DNA of 64,000 nucleotides, from sequence record OW849071.1; one strand, 5' to 3'. The first letter of the stretch is position 1. The number at the start of each line of letters is the position of its first letter. Positions 11,195 through 23,704 of this stretch are shown piece after piece. The translations under genes and the position numbers were made by a program. This DNA comes from a plasmid. The notes beneath the pieces were generated by a model. The model made no database searches. It had not been told where the DNA came from and saw only the letters and a program-made list of their open reading frames with translations.

Positions 11195-13198
11195 TTAACG
11201 AACGAGGTGCAGGAAGTGCAGATGTTTTTCGTACTGGTCCAGTATGTCATTAATCAGCTGCTCCTGGTTCCAGCCCATCACATCATAATTTTGACCGCCT
11301 TCTTTGAGATATACCTCAGCGCGATAATATCTATGTTGTTCAGTCTGCTGCTCATTATTATCCATCGCGGCGAGCGCGAAGGTCGGTGAGCTATACCCGC
11401 GAAGCCTCACTTCATATATAAAATTCAGCTCGTTACCCAAATCGACTTCAAGACGAATACGATCCTCGACTGCGTCACTGATGTGGCTTATCGTCCCCTG
11501 CTTGTTCAGCTCTTCCTGAACCAGCGTCATGGCGGGCTGGATGACGTCGTCCATAAAACGTTTCACAAGAGATCGCTTCGGCAGATACGCGATATTGCGT
11601 AACCTTCTCTGCCAGGGAATTGGGTTACGTGCAGCCGTAGGAGCAATTGTCGCCATGCTCAGGCTTTCACGCTTGGTCAAATCCCGGCGCAAAGCTTTTA
11701 AAAGTCCGTATATGGATATCAGTAAGATCACTGAGAAAGGCAATGCACTCGCTATTGTCACTGTTTGCAGCGCACTTAGCCCTCCGGCAAGGAGAAGCGC
11801 AATTGCGACAATGCCCATGAGCGAGGCCCAAAATATTCGCTGCCAGACGGGTGTGTTTGCCACTCCACCTGTTGCCAGAGTATCAACTACCATTGCCCCC
11901 GAGTCAGCAGACGTGACAAAGAAGACGATGACCATCGCCATTGCGATGAATGACAGCACGGAAGAGAACGGGAAATGCTCCAGGAAATTAAACAGGGCCA
12001 GCGCCACATCCTGCTGAACAGTATTGGCGAGGTCTGTGGCCCCCTGGTTCATAATGAGATAGATCGCGCTGTTACCAAACACTGTCATCCACATTAGCGT
12101 AAAACCCGCGGGAACAAACAGCACGCCGGTGACAAACTCGCGAATGGTTCGCCCGCGGGAGACCCGTGCGATGAACATCCCCACAAACGGCGACCATGAA
12201 AGCCACCATCCCCAGTACAGTAATGTCCAGCCCCCCAGCCATTTGCTCGACTTAGGCTCATACGCGTAAAGGTTGAACGTTTTACTCACCAGTTCCGAAA
12301 GATAACCGCCCGTATTTTCCACAAATGACTTCAGCAGAAGCACGGTTGGTCCCAGACACAGGACCAGCGCCAGGAGCAACAACGCCAGACCCAGATTGAG
12401 CTCAGACAGGATACGTATTCCCTTATCCAGGCCGGACACCACTGAAATCGTCGCTAACCCCGTGATGACCACGATCAGAATAACCTGCACCGTTTCATTG
12501 ATGGGCACCCCGAAAAGATGGTTCAAACCGGCATTCACCTGCAAAACGCCGTAACCCAGCGATGTCGCGACGCCAAAGACCGTGCCTATAACAGCGAAAA
12601 TATCAACCGCATGGCCTACAGGCCCGTATATGCGATCGCCAATAATGGGATAGAGTGCGGAGCGCAGAGTTAAAGGCAGACCGTGACGGTAACTGAAGAA
12701 CGCCAGAATCAGCGCCACAATGGCATAAATTGCCCATGCGTGCAGTCCCCAGTGGAAGAAGGTCAGACGCATTGCTTCCTTGGCTGCCGCAACGGTTTCT
12801 GGCGTGCCAACGGGAGGCGAAAGATAATGCATTACAGGTTCGGCAACGCCAAAGAACATCAGGCCGATCCCCATCCCTGCCGAAAAAAGCATCGCAAACC
12901 AGGAATGGTAGCTGAAATCAGGCTGCGCATGGTCCGGGCCCAGCTTGATATCACCGTAGCGTGAGAGTCCAAGGAACGTGACACTTAGTAAAATCAGGGC
13001 CACAGCAAGGATGTAGAACCAGCTGGCATTCGTGAAGATTTGTTGCTGTAGTAGTTTAAAATTTTTGTCGGCGACATCCGGGAATACGGCGGCAAAGGCG
13101 ACAAGAAGGAAAATTAGCAAAGCAGATGTAAAGAATACCGCTTTGTTAATCTGGCTTGTAGACTTCTTCGGGATTGTATCATTATCACTCATAATCAT
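11195..13198 (-). CDS. BCCT-family transporter (betaine/carnitine/choline type)
   Basis: The 667 aa polytopic protein carries the BCCT signature region (WTLLYWGWWLSWSPFVGMFIARVSRGRTIREF) and a long cytoplasmic C-terminal tail as in BetT. Confidence 0.85.
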   Translation of the reverse strand: MIMSDNDTIPKKSTSQINKAVFFTSALLIFLLVAFAAVFPDVADKNFKLLQQQIFTNASWFYILAVALILLSVTFLGLSRYGDIKLGPDHAQPDFSYHSWFAMLFSAGMGIGLMFFGVAEPVMHYLSPPVGTPETVAAAKEAMRLTFFHWGLHAWAIYAIVALILAFFSYRHGLPLTLRSALYPIIGDRIYGPVGHAVDIFAVIGTVFGVATSLGYGVLQVNAGLNHLFGVPINETVQVILIVVITGLATISVVSGLDKGIRILSELNLGLALLLLALVLCLGPTVLLLKSFVENTGGYLSELVSKTFNLYAYEPKSSKWLGGWTLLYWGWWLSWSPFVGMFIARVSRGRTIREFVTGVLFVPAGFTLMWMTVFGNSAIYLIMNQGATDLANTVQQDVALALFNFLEHFPFSSVLSFIAMAMVIVFFVTSADSGAMVVDTLATGGVANTPVWQRIFWASLMGIVAIALLLAGGLSALQTVTIASALPFSVILLISIYGLLKALRRDLTKRESLSMATIAPTAARNPIPWQRRLRNIAYLPKRSLVKRFMDDVIQPAMTLVQEELNKQGTISHISDAVEDRIRLEVDLGNELNFIYEVRLRGYSSPTFALAAMDNNEQQTEQHRYYRAEVYLKEGGQNYDVMGWNQEQLINDILDQYEKHLHFLHLVR

Positions 13199-13343
13199 TT
13201 ATTCCATTAATTAAATCCGCACTGGATAGACGGTACTACCTTTCACAGAGTAGCAAAGTTCAACTGGCTATGCGGCGTTAATCGGAACGCATGGTGTAAT
13301 GAGTTCCGATACAAATCATCCGATATTCGGTAATGACTCCAAC

Positions 13344-13847
13344 TTACTGATAGTGTTTTATGTTCAGATAATGCCCGATGACCTTGTCATACAGCTCCAC
13401 CGATTTTGAGAACGACAGTGACTTCCGTCCCAGCCTTGCCAGATGTTGTCGCAGATTCAGGTTATGTCGCTCAATGCGCTGAGTGTAACGCTTGCTGATA
13501 ACGTGCAGCTTTCCCTTCAGGCGGGATTCATACAGCGGCCAGCCATCCGTCATCCATACCACGACCTCAAAGGCCGACAGCAGGCTCAGAAGACGCTCCA
13601 GTGTGGCCAGAGTGCGTTCACCGAAGACGTGCGCCACAACCGTCCTCCGTATCCTGTCATACGCGTAAAACAGCCAGCGCTGACGTGATTTAGCACCGAC
13701 GTAGCCCCACTGTTCGTCCATTTCAGCGCAGACAATCACATCACTGCCCGGTTGTATGCGCGAGGTTACCGACTGCGGCCTGAGTTTTTTAAGTGACGTA
13801 AAACCGTGTTGAGGCCAACGCCCATAATGCGTGCACTGGCGCGACAT
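13344..13847 (-). CDS. insB: IS1 InsB (expressed as InsAB' by -1 frameshift)
   Basis: The InsB signature [26 protein letters not shown]...LNIKHYQ is present. Confidence 0.85.
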   Translation of the reverse strand: MSRQCTHYGRWPQHGFTSLKKLRPQSVTSRIQPGSDVIVCAEMDEQWGYVGAKSRQRWLFYAYDRIRRTVVAHVFGERTLATLERLLSLLSAFEVVVWMTDGWPLYESRLKGKLHVISKRYTQRIERHNLNLRQHLARLGRKSLSFSKSVELYDKVIGHYLNIKHYQ

Positions 13848-14041
13848 CCGACGCCATTCATGGCCATATCAATGATTTTCTGGTGCGTACCGGGCTGAGA
13901 GGCGGTGTAAGTGAACTGTAGTTGCCATGTTTTACGGCAATGAGAGCAGAGATAGCGCTGATGTCCGGCAGTGCTTTTGCCGTTACGCACCACGCCTTCA
14001 GTAGCGGAGCAGGAAGGACATCTGATGGAAATGGAAGCCAC
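13766..14041 (-). CDS. insA: IS1 InsA
   Basis: The product matches Ins[43 protein letters not shown]. The start codon is GTG. Confidence 0.9.
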   Translation of the reverse strand: MASISIRCPSCSATEGVVRNGKSTAGHQRYLCSHCRKTWQLQFTYTASQPGTHQKIIDMAMNGVGCRASARIMGVGLNTVLRHLKNSGRSR

Positions 14042-14261
14042 GCAAGCACCTTAAAATCACCATCATACACTAAATCAGTAAGTTGGCAGCATTACCGATT
14101 TTCGCAGGGTGGTGAAAAACAGAAAAATCCAACCAGAAGCAGCTTTTTGTCCGACTAAGAATCAAGGGTTAGAATGGATGAATTCCAACCCTAGAATGCA
14201 AATAGCCCATATAATAATTCCTTTCAGACAGGTACCGGTTAAGTGTAGCTGAGTCAGACAA

Positions 14262-14290
14262 AAAAGCCCCCTGACGGGGGGCAAAAATGT
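14262..14290. terminator. Bidirectional rho-independent terminator downstream of silE
   Basis: The sequence is AAAAAAGCCCCCTGACGGGGGCAAAAAT: a GC stem flanked by A and T runs. Confidence 0.5.
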
Positions 14291-14353
14291 AGCAACGTTG
14301 TTTCAGGAAAATCTATCAGGGAAAAGGTAACAGCACGGATACTACCGTCGCAT

Positions 14354-14785
14354 TCAGCCTGCATTGATCATGCGGCGGTGCGCTTCGGCCATGGCCTGAT
14401 GTGGGCCGGATTGCCCGTTATTCATGAATTCATGAGCAACCGCTGCTCTTTCATGCTCATTCATCGCCGCGTAAGACGTTGACGGGACGGTCGTGGATAC
14501 CGTGTTATTTCCCATCATCTTCTGATGACTTTCCACCATTTTCTGGTGAGCATCCGCCGAGCCGTTCGTCATGGTTTCATGAGCAATAATGGCCTGTTCA
14601 TGCTGGTCCATACCGGTCATACGAGGAGCAGTCCCCTGGATCCCGACAGGAGCCTCAGCAGACTGCATCTGGTGAGCAGGAGCCTGTGCATTGTTGACGC
14701 GATCATGGATATTCACGGTTTCAGTGGCCCAGGCCGATGAAATTAAACCAAAGCCCAGCAAAGATGCTAATACGATATTTTTCAT
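14354..14785 (-). CDS. silE: SilE periplasmic silver-binding protein
   Basis: The 143 aa product has a signal peptide MKNIVLASLLGFGLISSAWA and repeated His/Met motifs (HQMQ, HETM, HQKM, HEFM). An ATG at 14785 is preceded by a GGAGAG Shine-Dalgarno. Confidence 0.9.
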   Translation of the reverse strand: MKNIVLASLLGFGLISSAWATETVNIHDRVNNAQAPAHQMQSAEAPVGIQGTAPRMTGMDQHEQAIIAHETMTNGSADAHQKMVESHQKMMGNNTVSTTVPSTSYAAMNEHERAAVAHEFMNNGQSGPHQAMAEAHRRMINAG

Positions 14786-14989
14786 GATAACTCTCCATTT
14801 CTGAATTAGTGATGTCCGGGGAAGTACAACCGGTGTTTTCAGTTCCATAACTGAAACAAGTTCGGCAGCGTTTATTTCTCCGGAAGAGGGCTGGATATTC
14901 ATTTCCTGGCGTACTCTGACGCCGGGTATTGATGAAGCAATCCAGCCTTCCTGATAAGTTGCACTAATTATATCGAATGGCTTCTGTTT

Positions 14990-15012
14990 GCTGCATGACA
15001 GGCTAATGACAT
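14990..15012. promoter_or_regulatory. CusR/SilR-type box (palindrome TAATGACATCTTTGTCATTTA)
   Basis: The palindrome sits between silE and silS and matches the AAAATGACAAnnTTGTCATTTT class. Confidence 0.5.
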
Positions 15013-15035
15013 CTTTGTCATTTACATCTTTATTT

Positions 15036-16511
15036 TCAGCATTGGGTTTCCGGGATCATTTTCTCCAGTCTGGGCACGGATAAGATAAAACGCGTGGAGC
15101 GTACGTCTGATTCCACCTGCACTCTTCCGTGATGTGCTTCCACGATTGACTTCACAATCGCAAGGCCGATGCCGCTGCCTTCTCCTTTTCGTTGTCTGGA
15201 TGGATCCACCCGATAAAAACGGTCAAACAGCCTTGATAAATGTTCTTCAGGGATCGGTTTCCCCGGATTTTCAATCACAAGGTCAAAAAAGCTCTCCTGC
15301 TCTCTTATTGAGACGGTGATTGCCTGTCCCTCCGGGGTATAACGCAGGGCATTGGATAACAGATTATTGATCGCCCTTCTGAACATTTGTGGATCTCCCT
15401 CAACCAGGCAGGGCATCCCGTTAAATTTGAGCGTGATATTGCGTTCTTCGGCCCAGGCTTCGAAAAACTCGAAGACTTTCATGACTTCCGCTCTGAGGTC
15501 AAACATGACCCTGTCAGGTATCAGCTGATTATTATCTGCCTGTGCCAGGAACAGCATATCGCTGACCATTTTGGTCATCCGGTTATACTCTTCAAGACTG
15601 GAATAGAGGACATCCTCAAGTTCCCTCTGTGTTCGATCCTGACTCAGTGCGATTTCAGTCTGCGTCACCAGATTGGTGATGGGCGTTCTGATCTCATGCG
15701 CGATATCGGCAGAGAAATTGGCCTGGCGGGTAAAGACATCCTCAATCTTTCCAATCATATGATTGAACGAGATAACCAGTTGCTCCAGCTCAATGGGAAC
15801 GCGTGTCGGTTCCAGTCGCGCATCAAGATTCTCGGAGGTGATGTTTTTAATGGCATTGCTGACATTACGAAGGGGCAGGTGCCCCTGACGGACAGCGATT
15901 CGAATGATCAGAACAATCAACAGGCTTATCACGACGGCAATCGCAATCAGGTTCTTTTTCAGCGCATCGAGGTAATGGAGATGGAAATTAATGGATAGGC
16001 CAGTCAGCATGACATAGTTCTGCTGTTTGCCCTGAAATATCGCCTGACCAGAGGAGGCGATAATCCTGTATGTTTCCATCTTCATTTCGGACCCGGTATC
16101 CATCGGTCCCGCAGGATCCTCCACCGTCCAGAGAAAGACATCCCGTGCGCGGCTGTGCTCGCTAAAATCTGCTGAATTCACTGCCGGGCGTAGTGCCGCC
16201 CCCTGAGCTGAGCTAAAGAGCACTTCACCCCTGGGATTGAGGAGCAAAAGGGCAACGTTGCGGTAGCTGGCAATTGATTCCTTTATTTTGCTTACTTTTT
16301 TTTCATCCGGATCTGCCGGGGACTGGAGTATACGGCTCAGTGTGGTGCTGATTTGTTGCAGATCGCTGACATCCTGCTCGGCAAAATGCTTTTCAACAGA
16401 ATGCAGCATAAACCAGGTGAAGGCGATAAACGCCAGTATTGTGGACAGGCTGATAAAAAAGGTCAGCCGCAGAGCGAGTGAGAAAGGTCGTCTGGACGGT
16501 TTGCTATGCAT
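15036..16511 (-). CDS. silS: SilS sensor histidine kinase
   Basis: The 491 aa product has two TM helices, HAMP, an H-box ([10 protein letters not shown]) and a HATPase domain. It overlaps silR by 8 nt. Confidence 0.9.
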   Translation of the reverse strand: MHSKPSRRPFSLALRLTFFISLSTILAFIAFTWFMLHSVEKHFAEQDVSDLQQISTTLSRILQSPADPDEKKVSKIKESIASYRNVALLLLNPRGEVLFSSAQGAALRPAVNSADFSEHSRARDVFLWTVEDPAGPMDTGSEMKMETYRIIASSGQAIFQGKQQNYVMLTGLSINFHLHYLDALKKNLIAIAVVISLLIVLIIRIAVRQGHLPLRNVSNAIKNITSENLDARLEPTRVPIELEQLVISFNHMIGKIEDVFTRQANFSADIAHEIRTPITNLVTQTEIALSQDRTQRELEDVLYSSLEEYNRMTKMVSDMLFLAQADNNQLIPDRVMFDLRAEVMKVFEFFEAWAEERNITLKFNGMPCLVEGDPQMFRRAINNLLSNALRYTPEGQAITVSIREQESFFDLVIENPGKPIPEEHLSRLFDRFYRVDPSRQRKGEGSGIGLAIVKSIVEAHHGRVQVESDVRSTRFILSVPRLEKMIPETQC

Positions 16512-17187
16512 CCGGGATCTCCAGCATGTAGCCCACGCCCCGCACTGTCTGGATCAGTTTTGTCCCGTAATCGTTGTCTATTTTAGCGCGGAGTCGCTTT
16601 ACTGCGACATCAATCGCGTTAGTGTCGCTGTCAAAATTCATGTCCCAGACCTGAGAGGCAATCAGGGAGCGGGGAAGAACTTCTCCCTGATGGCGAATGA
16701 AGAATTCCAGCAAGCTGAACTCTTTACTGGTGAGCACAATGCGGTTCCCGGCGCGGCTGACTTTTCTGGATACGAGATCAACCGAGAGGTCAGCCACTTT
16801 AAGCTGGCTTTCCGTGATCATCGTGTTTCCCCGCCTGAGGAGGGTTCTTACCCGGGCGAGCAGTTCAGCAAACGCAAAGGGCTTCACCAGATAATCGTCC
16901 GCACCCAGCTCAAGTCCTTTGACCCTGTGTTCAATCGTGCCAAGGGCCGTCAGCAGTAATACCGGCATCCCCTTTCCGGCACTGCGCAGCATACGGATGA
17001 TATCCCAGCCGTTTACATCAGGCAGCATGATATCCAGGATGACTAAATCATACTCGGCTGTCATGGCAAGATGATATCCGGTCAGACCATTATCAGCGTG
17101 ATCCACGACGAACCCCGCCTCTGTCAGCCCCTTGCTGAGATATTCACCTGTTTTAATTTCGTCTTCAACGATTAATATTTTCATCAT
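16504..17187 (-). CDS. silR: SilR OmpR-family response regulator
   Basis: MKILIVEDE...D51 receiver plus winged-helix domain, 227 aa. Confidence 0.9.
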   Translation of the reverse strand: MMKILIVEDEIKTGEYLSKGLTEAGFVVDHADNGLTGYHLAMTAEYDLVILDIMLPDVNGWDIIRMLRSAGKGMPVLLLTALGTIEHRVKGLELGADDYLVKPFAFAELLARVRTLLRRGNTMITESQLKVADLSVDLVSRKVSRAGNRIVLTSKEFSLLEFFIRHQGEVLPRSLIASQVWDMNFDSDTNAIDVAVKRLRAKIDNDYGTKLIQTVRGVGYMLEIPDA

Positions 17188-17261
17188 GCTCCCCGGCTGG
17201 CTGCTAATGTCATTTTATTGCGCCCACGATCGTTATCAACGGATTACAGCAAAAATGACAA

Positions 17262-17284
17262 CATTGTCATTATCCTGTCACCCG
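17262..17284. promoter_or_regulatory. CusR/SilR box in the divergent silRS/silCFBA promoter region
   Basis: AAAATGACAACATTGTCATTATC. Confidence 0.5.
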
Positions 17285-17373
17285 GCAAACAGAGAGCGTT
17301 CGGTAAAGTATCCCTATCAATACTCTGGATTTCGTTTGAACCATTTACCAGGTCTGCCTGTACGAGAAGCGTT

Positions 17374-18759
17374 ATGTTCAAATTAAAATTACTCAGCATC
17401 AGTACCATATTCATCCTGGCTGGTTGTGTTTCTCTGGCACCTGAATATCAGCGTCCGCCAGCTCCGGTTCCCCAGCAGTTTTCATTGTCTAAAAACAGTC
17501 TGACGCCTGCGGTAAACAGCTATCAGGATACGGGCTGGCGAAACTTTTTTGTCGATCCCCAGGTCAGCAGGCTGATCGGTGAAGCCCTGAATAATAACCG
17601 TGATTTGAGAATGGCTGCCCTGAAGGTTGAAGAGGCCCGGGCCCAGTTCAACGTCACGGATGCAGATCGTTATCCCCAACTGAATGCCTCATCCGGGATC
17701 ACATACAACGGTGGTCTGAAAGGTGACAAGCCGACCACACAGGAGTACGACGCGGGTCTGGAGCTCAGCTATGAGCTCGATTTTTTTGGCAAACTTAAGA
17801 ACATGAGTGAGGCTGATCGCCAGAACTACTTTGCCAGCGAAGAAGCCCGTCGTGCCGTACACATCCTGCTGGTCTCCAACGTTTCACAGAGCTATTTCAG
17901 CCAGCAACTGGCGTACGAACAACTCCGTATTGCGCGGGAAACGCTGAAAAATTATGAACAGTCCTATGCTTTCGTTGAGCAACAGCTCGTGACCGGGAGT
18001 ACGAACGTTCTGGCACTTGAACAGGCGAGAGGACAAATCGAAAGTACCCGCGCCGAAATAGCCAAACGAGAAGGCGATCTGGCTCAGGCAAACAATGCCC
18101 TGCAACTGGTGCTGGGAACGTACCGCGCACTTCCGTCAGAAAAAGGGATGAAAGGCGGGGAGATCGCACCAGTAAAATTGCCACCAAATCTATCTTCACA
18201 AATTTTGCTGCAGCGACCGGATATTATGGAAGCGGAATATCAGCTGAAAGCGGCTGATGCCAATATTGGCGCAGCGCGAGCGGCCTTTTTCCCCTCCATT
18301 ACCCTGACCAGTGGTCTTTCCGCAAGCAGTACGGAGCTGTCAAGCCTGTTTACGTCAGGAAGTGGAATGTGGAATTTTATCCCTAAAATTGAAATTCCTA
18401 TTTTTAATGCTGGCAGGAATAAAGCCAATCTGAAGCTGGCTGAAATTCGCCAGCAACAATCGGTGGTTAATTACGAACAAAAAATTCAGTCAGCCTTTAA
18501 GGATGTTTCCGACACGCTTGCGCTGCGCGACAGTCTTAGCCAGCAACTTGAGTCACAGCAGCGTTATCTTGATTCACTTCAGATAACTCTCCAGCGTGCC
18601 AGAGGATTATATGCAAGTGGTGCTGTCAGTTACATCGAAGTGCTGGATGCAGAACGTTCCCTCTTCGCTACGCAGCAAACCATTCTCGATCTTACCTATT
18701 CCCGACAGGTTAACGAAATTAATCTGTTTACCGCGCTGGGTGGCGGTTGGGTAGAGTAA
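17374..18759 (+). CDS. silC: SilC outer-membrane factor (CusC-like)
   Basis: An ATG at 17374 gives 461 aa with a lipoprotein signal (LSISTIFILAGC) and tandem OEP repeats. Confidence 0.9.
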   Translation: MFKLKLLSISTIFILAGCVSLAPEYQRPPAPVPQQFSLSKNSLTPAVNSYQDTGWRNFFVDPQVSRLIGEALNNNRDLRMAALKVEEARAQFNVTDADRYPQLNASSGITYNGGLKGDKPTTQEYDAGLELSYELDFFGKLKNMSEADRQNYFASEEARRAVHILLVSNVSQSYFSQQLAYEQLRIARETLKNYEQSYAFVEQQLVTGSTNVLALEQARGQIESTRAEIAKREGDLAQANNALQLVLGTYRALPSEKGMKGGEIAPVKLPPNLSSQILLQRPDIMEAEYQLKAADANIGAARAAFFPSITLTSGLSASSTELSSLFTSGSGMWNFIPKIEIPIFNAGRNKANLKLAEIRQQQSVVNYEQKIQSAFKDVSDTLALRDSLSQQLESQQRYLDSLQITLQRARGLYASGAVSYIEVLDAERSLFATQQTILDLTYSRQVNEINLFTALGGGWVE

Positions 18760-18787
18760 ATTTATTTAATTAATCAGGAAATTAAAA

Positions 18788-19141
18788 ATGCGTAATTCAC
18801 TTAAAGCCGTTTTATTTGGTGCCTTCTCTGTCATGTTTTCTGCCGGTCTTCATGCTGAAACACATCAGCATGGCGATATGAATGCTGCCAGTGATGCTTC
18901 GGTACAGCAGGTTATCAAGGGCACCGGTGTCGTTAAAGACATTGATATGAATAGTAAAAAGATTACCATTTCGCACGAAGCAATCCCTGCTGTGGGCTGG
19001 CCTGCAATGACCATGCGCTTCACTTTTGTTAATGCAGACGACGCTATCAATGCCCTGAAAACCGGCAACCATGTCGATTTCTCGTTTATTCAGCAGGGCA
19101 ATATCTCCTTACTCAAAAGCATTAACGTTACGCAATCCTGA
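18788..19141 (+). CDS. silF: SilF periplasmic metallochaperone (CusF-like)
   Basis: The 117 aa product has a signal peptide and a CusF fold motif (ITISHEAIPAVGWPAMTMRF). Confidence 0.9.
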   Translation: MRNSLKAVLFGAFSVMFSAGLHAETHQHGDMNAASDASVQQVIKGTGVVKDIDMNSKKITISHEAIPAVGWPAMTMRFTFVNADDAINALKTGNHVDFSFIQQGNISLLKSINVTQS

Positions 19142-19254
19142 TTATCAGTCCGGAGCGAATACATCCAGTGCGCCTGAACATTCATTAAGGGATTACTGTG
19201 AATGAATGATCGGGCGCATATGCCAGGTGTTTTGATTTTTCAGCGAGAAATTGT

Positions 19255-20547
19255 ATGGCTTCTTTAAAGATAAAATATGCTGCAATAATTATCAGCAGCC
19301 TCATAGCAGGGGGGCTGATATCGGTTACTGCCTGGCAGTATGTAAACTCATCACAAAAAACAGTACAAACCGAACAAAAGGCACCGGAGCGAAAGGTACT
19401 TTTCTGGTATGACCCGATGAAACCGGATACCAAATTTGATAAACCCGGAAAATCTCCCTTTATGGATATGGACCTGGTGCCGAAATATGCTGATGAAAGT
19501 GGCGATAAAAGCAGTGGCGGGATCCGTATCGATCCAACGCAGGTTCAGAATCTGGGATTAAAAACGCAAAAAGTCACGCGAGGAATGCTGAATTATTCCC
19601 AGACAATCCCGGCTAATGTCAGTTACAACGAGTATCAGTTTGTCATTGTGCAGGCGCGCTCTGACGGTTTCGTCGAAAAAGTGTATCCCCTGACGATTGG
19701 CGATCATGTGAAGAAAGGCACTCCGCTTATCGATATCACCATTCCTGAATGGGTTGAGGCACAAAGTGAGTTCCTGCTGTTATCCGGTACAGGCGGTACG
19801 TCAACCCAGATAAAAGGGGTTCTGGAGCGACTTCGTCTGGCTGGTATGCCGGAAGAGGATATTCAAAGGCTGCGTTCAACCCGCACAATCCAGACCCGTT
19901 TTACCATTAAAGCACCTATTGATGGTGTCATTACTGCGTTTGACCTGCGCACCGGCATGAATATTTCGAAAGATAAAGTAGTGGCTCAGATTCAGGGGAT
20001 GGACCCGGTCTGGATCAGCGCTGCAGTGCCAGAATCTATCGCATATCTGCTGAAAGATACGTCGCAGTTTGAAATTTCGGTACCGGCTTATCCGGATAAA
20101 ACATTCCATGTCGAAAAATGGAACATTCTTCCCAGCGTGGATCAGACAACCCGTACGCTTCAGGTCCGTCTCCAGGTTTCTAATAAGGATGAGTTTCTCA
20201 AGCCGGGCATGAATGCCTATCTGAAACTGAATACCAAGAGCCAGGAGATGCTGCTGATACCAAGCCAGGCCGTTATCGATACCGGCAAAGAACAGCGCGT
20301 GATTACTGTTGATGATGAAGGCAAGTTTGTGCCGAAACAGATCCACGTTCTGCATGAATCACAGCAACAGTCCGGCATCGGTTCCGGCCTGAATGAAGGC
20401 GATACCGTGGTGGTCAGTGGCCTGTTCCTCATTGACTCCGAAGCCAATATTACGGGCGCGCTGGAACGTATGCGCCACCCTGAAAAAACAGAAAGCAGTA
20501 TGCCAGCAATGTCTGACCAGCCTGTAAATATGCATTCAGGGCACTGA
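19255..20547 (+). CDS. silB: SilB membrane fusion protein (CusB-like)
   Basis: 430 aa with N-terminal anchor and MFP family features. Confidence 0.9.
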   Translation: MASLKIKYAAIIISSLIAGGLISVTAWQYVNSSQKTVQTEQKAPERKVLFWYDPMKPDTKFDKPGKSPFMDMDLVPKYADESGDKSSGGIRIDPTQVQNLGLKTQKVTRGMLNYSQTIPANVSYNEYQFVIVQARSDGFVEKVYPLTIGDHVKKGTPLIDITIPEWVEAQSEFLLLSGTGGTSTQIKGVLERLRLAGMPEEDIQRLRSTRTIQTRFTIKAPIDGVITAFDLRTGMNISKDKVVAQIQGMDPVWISAAVPESIAYLLKDTSQFEISVPAYPDKTFHVEKWNILPSVDQTTRTLQVRLQVSNKDEFLKPGMNAYLKLNTKSQEMLLIPSQAVIDTGKEQRVITVDDEGKFVPKQIHVLHESQQQSGIGSGLNEGDTVVVSGLFLIDSEANITGALERMRHPEKTESSMPAMSDQPVNMHSGH

Positions 20548-20557
20548 GGAGACGACG

Positions 20558-23500
20558 ATGATTGAATGGATTATCCGGCGCTCTGTCGCCAACCGTTTCC
20601 TGGTCATGATGGGGGCCCTGTTTCTCAGCATCTGGGGTACATGGACGATTATTAACACGCCGGTCGATGCCTTGCCTGACCTGTCAGATGTACAGGTCAT
20701 TATCAAAACCAGCTATCCCGGCCAGGCCCCGCAGATTGTAGAAAACCAGGTCACCTATCCACTTACCACCACCATGCTGTCCGTACCTGGCGCAAAAACC
20801 GTGCGTGGTTTTTCACAGTTCGGGGATTCGTATGTGTATGTCATTTTTGAAGACGGCACCGATCTGTACTGGGCCCGTTCCCGCGTGCTGGAATATCTGA
20901 ATCAGGTTCAGGGAAAACTGCCTGCCGGTGTGAGTTCTGAAATCGGTCCTGATGCCACGGGTGTGGGCTGGATTTTTGAATATGCCCTTGTCGATCGCAA
21001 CGGAAAACACGACCTTTCAGAACTGCGCTCTCTGCAGGACTGGTTCCTGAAATTTGAGCTGAAAACCATCCCGAACGTGGCTGAGGTCGCTTCGGTTGGC
21101 GGCGTGGTGAAACAGTACCAGATTCAGGTCAATCCGGTAAAACTGTCCCAGTACGGTATCAGCCTGCCCGAAGTGAAACAGGCACTTGAATCGTCTAACC
21201 AGGAGGCCGGTGGCTCATCCGTTGAAATGGCCGAAGCGGAGTATATGGTCCGTGCCAGCGGTTATCTTCAGAGCATTGATGATTTTAATAACATCGTCCT
21301 GAAAACAGGTGAGAACGGCGTGCCGGTTTATCTGCGGGATGTTGCCCGCGTGCAGACCGGGCCCGAAATGAGGCGTGGTATTGCCGAGCTGAACGGCCAG
21401 GGAGAAGTCGCTGGCGGCGTGGTGATCCTGCGGTCGGGTAAAAATGCGCGCGACGTTATCACGGCAGTGAGGGATAAACTGGAGACGCTGAAGGCCAGCC
21501 TGCCGGAAGGCGTTGAAATCGTGACCACCTACGATCGCAGCCAGTTAATCGACCGGGCGATTGATAACCTCAGTTACAAGCTTCTTGAAGAGTTTATCGT
21601 TGTTGCTGTCGTTTGCGCACTGTTCCTCTGGCATGTCCGTTCTGCCCTGGTGGCGATTATTTCTCTGCCACTTGGCCTGTGTATCGCCTTTATCGTCATG
21701 CACTTCCAGGGACTGAACGCCAATATCATGTCGCTGGGAGGGATAGCGATTGCCGTCGGTGCGATGGTGGATGCCGCCATTGTGATGATTGAAAATGCGC
21801 ACAAACGGCTTGAGGAGTGGGATCATCAGCATCCGGGTGAGCAGATTGACAACGCCACCCGCTGGAAGGTGATTACCGACGCCTCCGTGGAAGTGGGACC
21901 CGCGTTGTTCATTAGCCTGCTGATCATCACCCTGTCCTTTATTCCTATCTTTACCCTGGAAGGGCAGGAAGGTCGTCTGTTTGGCCCGCTGGCATTCACG
22001 AAAACGTACTCCATGGCGGGAGCGGCCGCACTGGCCATCATCGTCATTCCTATTCTGATGGGATTCTGGATCCGGGGGAAAATTCCTGCCGAGACAAGTA
22101 ACCCCCTGAACCGGGTGCTGATCAAAGCGTATCATCCTTTGCTGCTGCGGGTCCTCCACTGGCCAAAAACAACCCTGCTGGTTGCGGCCTTGTCCATTTT
22201 CACGGTTATCTGGCCACTGAGTCAGGTGGGCGGTGAATTTCTGCCGAAGATTAACGAGGGCGATCTGCTGTATATGCCGTCGACCTTGCCTGGCGTCTCT
22301 CCGGCAGAAGCTGCAGCGCTCCTGCAGACAACAGACAAGTTAATCAAAAGCGTTCCTGAAGTGGCTTCTGTATTTGGCAAGACCGGTAAAGCAGAGACCG
22401 CAACGGATTCCGCGCCGCTCGAAATGGTGGAAACCACGATCCAGCTCAAACCTGAGGATCAGTGGCGTCCCGGCATGACAATTGACAAGATTATTGATGA
22501 ACTCGACAGGACAGTCCGTTTACCGGGTCTGGCAAACCTCTGGGTGCCGCCTATCCGTAACCGTATTGATATGCTCTCAACCGGGATCAAAAGCCCGATA
22601 GGTATCAAAGTGTCCGGGACTGTTCTGTCCGATATCGACGCGACGGCGCAGAGTATCGAGGCGGTAGCCAAAACCGTGCCTGGCGTGGTGTCTGTCCTGG
22701 CTGAGCGACTTGAGGGCGGGCGCTACATCGATATCGATATCAACCGGGAGAAAGCTTCCCGGTACGGGATGACTGTGGGCGACGTCCAGCTGTTCGTCTC
22801 TTCAGCAATCGGTGGGGCTATGGTGGGTGAGACGGTTGAAGGCGTGGCCCGGTACCCTATTAACATTCGCTATCCGCAGGATTACCGTAACAGTCCGCAG
22901 GCGTTGAGAGAGATGCCAATCCTGACCCCAATGAAGCAGCAAATTACGCTGGGCGATGTTGCCGATATTAAGGTCGTTTCCGGACCAACCATGCTGAAAA
23001 CCGAAAATGCCCGGCCAGCCAGCTGGATTTATGTTGATGCCCGCGGCAGGGACATGGTGTCGGTGGTGAACGATATTAAGACGGCCATCAGTGAGAAAGT
23101 GAAACTGAGACCGGGGACCAGTGTGGCATTCTCAGGACAGTTTGAATTACTCGAGCACGCCAATAAGAAATTAAAACTGATGGTACCGATGACGGTGATG
23201 ATCATCTTCATCCTGTTATATCTGGCATTCCGCCGGGCTGATGAGGCCTTACTTATTCTGATGAGCCTGCCGTTTGCCCTGGTTGGCGGGATATGGTTCC
23301 TGTACTGGCAGGGCTTCCATATGTCAGTGGCGACCGGAACCGGGTTTATCGCCCTGGCCGGGGTGGCAGCAGAGTTTGGCGTGGTCATGCTGATGTATCT
23401 GCGTCATGCCATTGAAGCGCACCCGGAATTGTCCCGTAAAGAGACGTTCACACCGGAAGGCCTTGATGAAGCCCTCTATCATGGTGCCGTACTGCGTGTC

Positions 23501-23704
23501 CGGCCGAAAGCCATGACCGTGGCGGTGATCATTGCGGGTCTGCTGCCAATACTCTGGGGAACCGGTGCAGGTTCAGAAGTCATGAGCCGTATCGCGGCAC
23601 CCATGATTGGTGGGATGATCACGGCTCCGCTGCTGTCCCTGTTCATTATTCCTGCCGCCTACAAATTAATCTGGCTGCGCAGACATAAAAAAAGCGTGTC
23701 CTGA
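20558..23704 (+). CDS. silA: SilA RND efflux pump (CusA-like)
   Basis: The 1048 aa product has 12 TM segments and is an HME-RND family member. Confidence 0.92.
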   Translation: MIEWIIRRSVANRFLVMMGALFLSIWGTWTIINTPVDALPDLSDVQVIIKTSYPGQAPQIVENQVTYPLTTTMLSVPGAKTVRGFSQFGDSYVYVIFEDGTDLYWARSRVLEYLNQVQGKLPAGVSSEIGPDATGVGWIFEYALVDRNGKHDLSELRSLQDWFLKFELKTIPNVAEVASVGGVVKQYQIQVNPVKLSQYGISLPEVKQALESSNQEAGGSSVEMAEAEYMVRASGYLQSIDDFNNIVLKTGENGVPVYLRDVARVQTGPEMRRGIAELNGQGEVAGGVVILRSGKNARDVITAVRDKLETLKASLPEGVEIVTTYDRSQLIDRAIDNLSYKLLEEFIVVAVVCALFLWHVRSALVAIISLPLGLCIAFIVMHFQGLNANIMSLGGIAIAVGAMVDAAIVMIENAHKRLEEWDHQHPGEQIDNATRWKVITDASVEVGPALFISLLIITLSFIPIFTLEGQEGRLFGPLAFTKTYSMAGAAALAIIVIPILMGFWIRGKIPAETSNPLNRVLIKAYHPLLLRVLHWPKTTLLVAALSIFTVIWPLSQVGGEFLPKINEGDLLYMPSTLPGVSPAEAAALLQTTDKLIKSVPEVASVFGKTGKAETATDSAPLEMVETTIQLKPEDQWRPGMTIDKIIDELDRTVRLPGLANLWVPPIRNRIDMLSTGIKSPIGIKVSGTVLSDIDATAQSIEAVAKTVPGVVSVLAERLEGGRYIDIDINREKASRYGMTVGDVQLFVSSAIGGAMVGETVEGVARYPINIRYPQDYRNSPQALREMPILTPMKQQITLGDVADIKVVSGPTMLKTENARPASWIYVDARGRDMVSVVNDIKTAISEKVKLRPGTSVAFSGQFELLEHANKKLKLMVPMTVMIIFILLYLAFRRADEALLILMSLPFALVGGIWFLYWQGFHMSVATGTGFIALAGVAAEFGVVMLMYLRHAIEAHPELSRKETFTPEGLDEALYHGAVLRVRPKAMTVAVIIAGLLPILWGTGAGSEVMSRIAAPMIGGMITAPLLSLFIIPAAYKLIWLRRHKKSVS

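Larger units (their letters stand above)
13329..14096 (-). mobile_element. IS1 (complete, 768 bp)
   Basis: The ends are GGTAATGACTCCAACTTACTGATAG at 13329 and GGTAATGCTGCCAACTTACTGATTTAGTGTATGATGGTG, reverse-complemented, ending at 14096. The flanking 9-mers differ, so there is no target-site duplication. Confidence 0.9.

Noticed and set aside
21545-22159. A 204-aa minus-strand ORF (and several 60-120 aa ORFs) inside silA.
   Set aside because: They are antisense to a well-supported RND pump gene and show His/Arg/Gln-rich compositional artefacts.
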